From Candidatus Latescibacterota bacterium (lineage in GTDB: Bacteria > Latescibacterota > UBA2968 > UBA8231), in contig OZ241867.1 in NCBI GenBank assembly GCA_965203175.1, positions 832,001 to 896,000 of the forward strand: a stretch of DNA of 64,000 nt, given 5' to 3'. Under the pieces are notes generated by a model. It did not search any database. It was not told where the DNA came from and saw nothing but the letters and a program-made list of their open reading frames with translations. The translations under genes were made by a program, and so were the position numbers. Of the stretch, positions 57,984 through 64,000 are shown in pieces (positions within the stretch are counted from its first letter, which is position 1; each line of letters begins with the position of its first letter).

Positions 57984-58721
57984 GTGAAACTAGCTGAACT
58001 CACTTGGCCCGGTCTAGAGCAGGTATCCAGAGACGACACGGTAGTCGTATATCCCATCGCGGCGTTTGAGCAGCACGGGCCGCATCTGCCGTTTATAACG
58101 GACACCGCCGAGGTCGCCGCCATCGTCGATCGCCTCGACGCGGAGATTCCCGGTCAGGTCCTCTGTCTCCCGGCGCAGTGGCTGGGTTATTCCCCGCACC
58201 ACCTGCGGTTCAAGGGCACGATAACAGCCCAATCAGAGACCCACATCAACATGATCGTCGATACCGTCAGCAGCATGGTCCACGCCGACTTCGACAAAAT
58301 CCTCATCGTCAACGGCCACGGCGGCAATGTTCCCAATATGAACGTCTCCCTCCAGCGCCTGATGGAGAAGTGCCCCGACGCGAGAATCTATGGCACCTCT
58401 TGGTTTGCCTACGACGAACTGGGCGAGATCAGGGAGGCAGGGCCTCACGGTTGGGGACACGCGGGCGAGATGGAGACTTCGGTGATGATGGCCTTGCATC
58501 CCGAGTGGGTCAAAGCAGATCGCCTGCAAAAGGACGGCCACCCGCCGCAGTCCGAACGCGCCGGCCAAGTCTCCCGCTACCGCTGGATCCACCAATCGAC
58601 CGACCAAGGCACCTACGGCGATCCCACCTATGGGTCCGCGGAAAAGGGAGAGCGCTTCATCCGCGCCGCGGTCGAGGTGTTGGTCCGCATCGTCGAGGAC
58701 ATAAAGAAAGGTCACTTGTAA
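57984..58721 (+). CDS. Creatininase family amidohydrolase
   Basis: GTG start; EQHGPHLP..D, NGHGGN, HAGEMETS, AEKG. Confidence 0.9.
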   Translation: MKLAELTWPGLEQVSRDDTVVVYPIAAFEQHGPHLPFITDTAEVAAIVDRLDAEIPGQVLCLPAQWLGYSPHHLRFKGTITAQSETHINMIVDTVSSMVHADFDKILIVNGHGGNVPNMNVSLQRLMEKCPDARIYGTSWFAYDELGEIREAGPHGWGHAGEMETSVMMALHPEWVKADRLQKDGHPPQSERAGQVSRYRWIHQSTDQGTYGDPTYGSAEKGERFIRAAVEVLVRIVEDIKKGHL

Positions 58722-58795
58722 GTCCGTGAATACAACTTGCCCAGCCAGCGCAAAATTGCGACAGTAAGGTTAGCTTTTTTAGAGGAGGACATGCC

Positions 58796-59809
58796 ATGGA
58801 AATGACAAAAAACCAGCGCAAAATAAACTGGTATCGGTGTCCCTTACCGCGCGAGACGCTCGCTGCGCTCAATCAGCGTAGCGACTTTTGGGGGCTTCTG
58901 CAAACGCTGGGGCATTTGGGTCTGCTGGCGGCGACGGGCGCAGGAGCTTGGTACGCGGCGGAACACTTGGCCCTGCCGTGGCTGCTGCTGATCCTCTTTT
59001 TCCACGGCACGTTCTACGCCTTTTTGCTCAACGGCTTCCACGAATTGTGTCACTCCACGGTCTTCAAGAGCAAGTTCCTCAACTACTTCTTCCTGCGCGT
59101 GTTCAGCTTTCTCGGCGCGTACAACCACATCCACTTCTGGACCAGTCACGCCGAGCACCACAAGTACACCCTACACCCCCCCGACGATCTCGAAGTGGTC
59201 CTGCCAGCCCAATTGCGATTCGTGGATTTTCTCAAGAGTGCCATTGTAAATCCGTGGAGCTTGTACGCGCGCTACAAGACGACTTGGCGGCGGGCGCGCG
59301 GGAAATTAGAGGGTGAATGGGAACTGGCGCTCTTCCCCGAGTCGGAACCAGACAAACGGCGACGGCTCATCCGCTGGGATCGCTTCTTGCTAGTGGGGCA
59401 CGCCCTAATCGTAGTGGTATCCTTGTACTTCGGCCTGTGGATGGTGCCAGTGCTCATTACGCTCGCGCCTTTTTACGGCGGCTGGTTGCTGTTCCTGTGC
59501 AACAACACCCAGCACATCGGCTTGCAGGACGACGTACCGGACTTTCGGCTCTGCACCCGCACGGTCATCTTGAATCCGTTCTTCCGCTTCCTCTACTGGC
59601 ACATGAACTACCACATCGAACACCACATGTACGCTGGCGTGCCGTGCTACCGGCTCGGCAAACTACACGCGGCCATCAAAAGCGATCTGCCGCATTGTCC
59701 GCAGGGGTTGTATGAAGCGTGGACGGAGATCGCCGCCATCCTCGAGCGGCAAAAGGCCGAGCCAGACTACGAATACGTGCCAGAATTGCCCACGCCCGTC
59801 GCCGCTTGA
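58796..59809 (+). CDS. Membrane fatty acid desaturase family protein (MocD-like)
   Basis: His boxes HELCH, HAEHH, HIEHH; QH motif; TM helices. Confidence 0.88.
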   Translation: MEMTKNQRKINWYRCPLPRETLAALNQRSDFWGLLQTLGHLGLLAATGAGAWYAAEHLALPWLLLILFFHGTFYAFLLNGFHELCHSTVFKSKFLNYFFLRVFSFLGAYNHIHFWTSHAEHHKYTLHPPDDLEVVLPAQLRFVDFLKSAIVNPWSLYARYKTTWRRARGKLEGEWELALFPESEPDKRRRLIRWDRFLLVGHALIVVVSLYFGLWMVPVLITLAPFYGGWLLFLCNNTQHIGLQDDVPDFRLCTRTVILNPFFRFLYWHMNYHIEHHMYAGVPCYRLGKLHAAIKSDLPHCPQGLYEAWTEIAAILERQKAEPDYEYVPELPTPVAA

Positions 59810-59824
59810 GGCGGGGCCTTTTGT

Positions 59825-60073
59825 ATGGAAGAAACCCTAACTCCTGACCATGCGACCGCGCTCGTGCAGGCCGTGCCTTGCCTGCTCGATTTTCCCGCCT
59901 CGCGTTTTTGGGTGGATTACGACCAAGAGGCAGACGTGCTCTACATCAGCTTTGCGCGCCCGCAGCAGGCTACGGATACAACCCTGACCGATGGGGGGCT
60001 CCTGTTGCGCTATCGGGATAGCCAGCTAGTGGGCGTTACAGTGTTGGATGCCTCTACTCGCGTACCAACGTAA
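59825..60073 (+). CDS. DUF2283 domain protein
   Basis: DYDQEADVLYISF..LVGVTVLDAS. Confidence 0.85.
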   Translation: MEETLTPDHATALVQAVPCLLDFPASRFWVDYDQEADVLYISFARPQQATDTTLTDGGLLLRYRDSQLVGVTVLDASTRVPT

Positions 60074-60161
60074 GTGATTTCCATGTCTCTTAAAACGCCA
60101 GCGTCGCGGCTTGAGACAGTGTCTGTGCCCACGTCGCTTTCTCGCTGACGCGGTTGGGATA

Positions 60162-60386
60162 CTAAAAGACCTCGCCCTCGTACAGTCGGCGCAAAAACTC
60201 CTCTAGCGGCCACACGTCTAGGCCATCGTAGTGATAGACCCGCTCGCCGGTATAGACGCCGATCATGCGCTCCACTTCAATGCCCTCTGTCTCGTGCAAG
60301 GAGCGCATGGACCGCTCCCAACTCCGGTTCCATTTCTTCGCCAACTTGATTTCCAAACAGACGACAAGCGGCGATGGCCCGTTATA
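60162..60386 (-). pseudogene. C-terminal remnant of an AAA ATPase/DUF4143 protein
   Basis: LEIKLAKKW..IGVYTGER..VWPLEEFLRRL; upstream in-frame stop; no ATPase domain. Confidence 0.6.
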
Positions 60387-60399
60387 TCAGTGTATATCC

Positions 60400-60428
60400 T
60401 TGACGTTATTAATGCACCGCGTTATTAT
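60400..60428 (+). promoter_or_regulatory. Sigma70 promoter of higBA with overlapping inverted-repeat operator
   Basis: TTGACG-N17-TATTAT; imperfect IR TAATGC-ACC-GCGTTA; ATG 8 nt downstream, so probably near-leaderless. Confidence 0.75.
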
Positions 60429-60436
60429 GAATTTCG

Positions 60437-60715
60437 ATGAATCGATTCAGGGACAATAACACTGAACGGATATTTAATGGACAAACGGTCCGTCGCCTGC
60501 CTATTGACATCCAACGTCGGGCACGAATGAGGTTACAGCGAGTGGTTGCGGCGACTGTACTAGCCGATCTTCGGGTGCCGCCCTCCCATCGCCTTAAATC
60601 GCTGCGTGGGGACCGGACCGGCCAGTATAGCATTCGCATTAATGACCAGTGGCGCGTGTGCTTTAAATGGACAGACCAAGGCGCTATGGATATCGAAATC
60701 ACCGACTATCACTGA
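60437..60715 (+). CDS. higB: HigB (RelE/ParE superfamily) toxin
   Basis: DLRVPPSHRLKSLRGDRTGQYSIRINDQWRVCF..EITDYH. Confidence 0.92.
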   Translation: MNRFRDNNTERIFNGQTVRRLPIDIQRRARMRLQRVVAATVLADLRVPPSHRLKSLRGDRTGQYSIRINDQWRVCFKWTDQGAMDIEITDYH

Positions 60716-60727
60716 GAGGAAAATCCA

Positions 60728-61024
60728 ATGACCGCAACGACCGCGATTCATCCAGGAGAACATCTGGCAGAGATTTTGGACGAACTCGGCATCAGCCAGT
60801 ACCGTCTGGCTAAGACCATCGGGGTGCCCCCGATACGTATCAACGAAATCGTCCACTGCCGTAGATCAATCACAGCGGATACAGCGCTGCGAATCGGACA
60901 GGCCCTAGGGATGACCCCTGAGTTCTGGCTAAATCTCCAGCGAATGTACGACCTCAATCTCGCTCGCGCTTCGACCGACATCAGCACCATTGAGCCGCTC
61001 GTCGAGGCATCCGCCCACCCTTGA
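60728..61024 (+). CDS. higA: HigA antitoxin
   Basis: IHPGEHL, HTH, RSITADTALR, FWLNLQ. Confidence 0.92.
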   Translation: MTATTAIHPGEHLAEILDELGISQYRLAKTIGVPPIRINEIVHCRRSITADTALRIGQALGMTPEFWLNLQRMYDLNLARASTDISTIEPLVEASAHP

Positions 61025-61047
61025 ACGAAAGAGAAGAATAAGCCCTA

Positions 61048-61899
61048 ATGGCAAGACTAAAACTTGAAGAAGTGCAGAATGCTATAAAAGAGAAGGGAGC
61101 CGCTTGGGAAGCTGGTGAGACCGAGATTGCACCATATCTGGATCTGGATACTGGAGACAAAAGGCTTTTTGGTTTAAACCTTGGCAGACCAGAAGAGTTA
61201 ACGGTCGGGGAAAGCGTAGCAGAGTATTCTATGCCTCTACTCTCGTCCATTGACTGGCGAAATGTCAATGGTCAAAACTGGGTAACGGAAATCCGCGACC
61301 AAAAGACCTGTAGTGCCTGCGTTGCTTTTGCGACCTGTGCTGTGCTTGAATCTCGGGCTAAGTGGACACAAGAAGACTCCGATCTTCCCATTGATTTGTC
61401 GGTAGCGCATCTCTTTTTCTGTGGTGCAGGAGAGGCTTGTGAAACGGGCTGGGAAATCGACCAAGCACTTAAATTTTGCCGTGATTATGGGGTCGGACGA
61501 GAGAAAAATTTTCCCTATACACTAGGGGATCAAAGATGCAGACAGATCAGATCAGTAGTGAAAGTATCCTCTTGGGAGTCTGGAAAATCCTTACATCACC
61601 GTAAACAAGCCATTGCTCAAAATGGTCCTGTTATTGCCGGTATGCGGATCTTTGAGGATCTATACTATTATTGCGGTGGTATCTACCGGCACGTCACCGG
61701 GGGCCTTAGAGGGCTTCACGCTGTCGCCGTCATTGGATACAATGACCAACAGAAGTATTGGATCGTAAAAAATAGCTGGGGAACTGGTTGGGGTGATAAG
61801 GGATTCATGCTTATCGATTATGGAGAACTTGATACCGAATTTTACTTCTACGATCCCTATGTGAACTACCTCGGGCTAGCCAGTGGGAGCGTAACCTAA
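61048..61899 (+). CDS. Papain-family (C1A) cysteine peptidase without signal peptide
   Basis: SIDWR, RDQKTCSACVAF (Gln/Cys), DLS, GPV, LHAVAVIGY (His), WIVKNSWGTGWG (Asn). Confidence 0.92.
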   Translation: MARLKLEEVQNAIKEKGAAWEAGETEIAPYLDLDTGDKRLFGLNLGRPEELTVGESVAEYSMPLLSSIDWRNVNGQNWVTEIRDQKTCSACVAFATCAVLESRAKWTQEDSDLPIDLSVAHLFFCGAGEACETGWEIDQALKFCRDYGVGREKNFPYTLGDQRCRQIRSVVKVSSWESGKSLHHRKQAIAQNGPVIAGMRIFEDLYYYCGGIYRHVTGGLRGLHAVAVIGYNDQQKYWIVKNSWGTGWGDKGFMLIDYGELDTEFYFYDPYVNYLGLASGSVT

Positions 61900-62201
61900 G
61901 GAGCTAACTACACGACATCAACAACAGTCGAGTAACATGTAGTCGCTGTGTCCGTTATTGTACTCTATTGGCAATAAGATATTGCAAGTAATCTTCTGGC
62001 TCTTCTGCATCGGCCTGAAGCCGTGGAGACATGGACGCGAAAAAGGGATGGATAGATAGCGTTCCATATAGAATATAGTATATCCATTTGCAATGACGGC
62101 TGAGCCAAGGACCAAAAAATAATATCAATCTATCTAACTATCATATTTTTCAATTATTTGTATGATTCTCTGAATATTATCTTTGTCCAAGGTTTGATCT
62201 G

Positions 62202-62217
62202 TGGCACGAAATATGCT
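62202..62217 (+). promoter_or_regulatory. Putative sigma54 promoter upstream of the inhibitor gene
   Basis: TGGCACGAAATATGCT: GG-N10-GC spacing, one mismatch to consensus; AT-rich upstream region. Confidence 0.6.
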
Positions 62218-62289
62218 CTTATAGCCATCAAAGGAAAGGCCGTAATTTAAATCTGGCGTCGCGTATCAAGCCTTAAGGAGATATATGTT

Positions 62290-62592
62290 ATGAGAATGGT
62301 CCATACATTGAATGAAGGGTATATTGTCGCCCCTGTGCGTGAGCCTATTGAGGTAAAGGTCAAAGGCTATGGTACAACTGGCTATCTGTGGAATATCGAG
62401 GTCAATGCAAATCGGGTTCGGGTCGTTGATCACAAATTTGAGGCTGACCTTACCGCGTTTGGTGCCGGTGGCAAAGAATCTTTTATCTTAGAGCCCCTAG
62501 CCAAAGGGGAGACAGAGGTTACGTTTACACTCTCGGCCCCGTGGGAAGACGAACCGGTTGAGGTACACGTCATCCACCTCAGATGTACCTAA
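62290..62592 (+). CDS. Chagasin-family (I42) cysteine peptidase inhibitor
   Basis: Three inhibitory-loop motifs TTGYLW, GAGG, (A)PWE; TAAGGAG RBS. Confidence 0.85.
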   Translation: MRMVHTLNEGYIVAPVREPIEVKVKGYGTTGYLWNIEVNANRVRVVDHKFEADLTAFGAGGKESFILEPLAKGETEVTFTLSAPWEDEPVEVHVIHLRCT

Positions 62593-62702
62593 TATGCCTG
62601 TACATCCGTGAACATGATCCTCCCCACTTTTATGTGGCATCTGGTGAATTGAATGGTAGAACTCCAATAGACCGCTAACACCGCCACTGAATTTTGACAT
62701 TA

Positions 62703-62846
62703 GAAGCCTTTTTAAAACCCCCATCGGGCTGCTTTGCGGGGAATAAATTACCTTGGCGTCAAGCCTTTTTCATAGGGCTAGATGCCCCCAGTATCAGACG
62801 CTTTTAGCCGTGTGAGAGACCAAAACCCTAGTTTTAAAAAGGCTTC
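62703..62846. mobile_element. 144-bp MITE (IS5/PIF-Harbinger-like ends)
   Basis: Perfect 16-bp TIR GAAGCCTTTTTAAAAC/GTTTTAAAAAGGCTTC flanked by TTA on both sides; no transposase. Confidence 0.82.
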
Positions 62847-62873
62847 TTAGACACCAAAGGGAATTCGTACCTT

Positions 62874-63569
62874 ATGTTCAAAGAACATCACATCCTCAAT
62901 GATATCGAAGCTGTCATGGCCGAGTCAGCAGAAAAAGTGGTCAGTGATGTACTCAACATTCACGATGACCTCAAAGGCCGCGAAGAACGGGTAACAGCCC
63001 AGCTAGAATTAGGGATCACGCGTCATCTTCTTGACGAGATTGAAAAACGTCTCAATGCAAAGACAATTCATGGCGTGAACTTCCGTGTTCGCGTTCTGCA
63101 TAAACATACAGAAGAACCACTAGTGGGCGCTGATCTTGAGAGTATTCTTCAACTAACCGTTGGTAATACCACAATCTCCAAAAGGTTCCTCGCGCAAGCA
63201 AAAGTCGGCAAGTTTAGCCGTTATAATAGCAAATATCCAACCGTCCCTTATAACCGGGAGCTTCAGTCTCAATGCCAAAAAATGCTAGAATACTCCTCGG
63301 ATTCGTTCGTTTTTATCTATACGAGAAAAGGCATTTTCGTTGTCCCAGCATTATCGGTTCGCCTTGCAAACAAGAATTCCCTTAATCTCCGCCAACACTA
63401 CTGCTACGAACGCTTTGGTAAATTCTACAGAGACTTCTTCCGGTGCTTCATCGGTGATCACAAAATCGCCCCTCCGTACATTGATCCAACCAAAGACTTG
63501 CTTGATCTGGCATCCGAATCAGGTGCCGCTAATCTGCTTCTCGTCACTGCAACTGTTGCTGGGGACTGA
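62874..63569 (+). CDS. Putative PD-(D/E)XK restriction-endonuclease-like protein
   Basis: EE..T helix, E..GADL, then K.FLAQAK (D..QxK variant); AT-rich. Confidence 0.6.
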   Translation: MFKEHHILNDIEAVMAESAEKVVSDVLNIHDDLKGREERVTAQLELGITRHLLDEIEKRLNAKTIHGVNFRVRVLHKHTEEPLVGADLESILQLTVGNTTISKRFLAQAKVGKFSRYNSKYPTVPYNRELQSQCQKMLEYSSDSFVFIYTRKGIFVVPALSVRLANKNSLNLRQHYCYERFGKFYRDFFRCFIGDHKIAPPYIDPTKDLLDLASESGAANLLLVTATVAGD

Positions 63570-63668
63570 GAAGTTTTTAAATCCAATTTTGGCTATGTTT
63601 GGGCTAACGGCGGTAAAAATCCCCGCTCCAGACCTAAGATCAAGCTATCTTAATACAGGCTTGCTTGA

Positions 63669-64000
63669 TCACCACTGCTGCCCCAGCGGCGTCAGCACCA
63701 GTTCATCGACATTGACCCCGCGCGGCTGCGCCAGCACAAAGCACACAGCGTCGGCAACTTCATCGCGGCTCAGGCGACAACGCCGGTCGCCCTCGTCCAA
63801 CGGCACCGGATCGGGGCTAGCCACCGCGCCTAGCGTGATCAAACCGACGTGGACTCCCTTCTCTGCTACCTCCCAGCGCAAACTCTCGCACAACCCGCGC
63901 ACTGCGGACTCGACCGCCGCATATAGCACCGGCGGCCGCGCGCGGATCAGCCCCTGCAAGCCGTTGATATGCAGTATCCGTCCACCACTTTGCATCAGCA
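63669..64000 (-). CDS. SDR family oxidoreductase, 5' truncated by the window edge
   Basis: C-terminal SDR pattern ..AVRGLCESLRWE..DEVADAVCFVLAQPRGVNVDELVLTP. Confidence 0.75.
   Translation of the reverse strand, partial: LMQSGGRILHINGLQGLIRARPPVLYAAVESAVRGLCESLRWEVAEKGVHVGLITLGAVASPDPVPLDEGDRRCRLSRDEVADAVCFVLAQPRGVNVDELVLTPLGQQW

Noticed and set aside
61048-61899. C1 peptidase as an inactive or silicatein-like (Ser) variant
   Set aside because: Catalytic Cys, His and Asn are all present; only the adjacent Gly/Ser/Trp positions diverge
61918-62115. 65-aa minus-strand ORF between protease and inhibitor
   Set aside because: Non-ATG start and no recognisable motif; the region is better explained as regulatory, though a small gene cannot be excluded

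Overview
GC-rich bacterial chromosomal segment with about 50 genes. The gene families (four PhyH dioxygenases, two creatininases, a DUF6785-type membrane protein, a FlgD/CHU-C-tailed secreted protein, Rpn) suggest a Latescibacterota/Poribacteria-like, possibly sponge-associated organism; this taxonomy is inference only. The left part is housekeeping: queC-queE, tamB plus an Omp85 gene, ilvD, and tmRNA at 17629-17987. Downstream of tmRNA lies a decayed defence region: an Rpn nuclease with a perfect sigma54 promoter and an internal antitoxin-like start, a Schlafen/AlbA_2 ATP-binding gene with a partial duplicate, and hsdM and DUF559-like remnants. The middle is mostly catabolic (sulfatase, enolase-family enzyme, ALDHs, hydantoinase, PhyH, a non-canonical GH32, RraA, desaturase), with a secreted TldD/TldE pair and a MazEF-type TA pair. 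The most unusual part is an AT-richer island at about 59.8-63.6 kb: higBA, a cytoplasmic papain-family protease, a sigma54-driven chagasin (I42) inhibitor, a 144-bp MITE and a PD-(D/E)XK-type nuclease. This is a candidate undescribed protease/inhibitor-gated defence or TA-like module. All family calls come from motif recognition by eye; no database searches were run.
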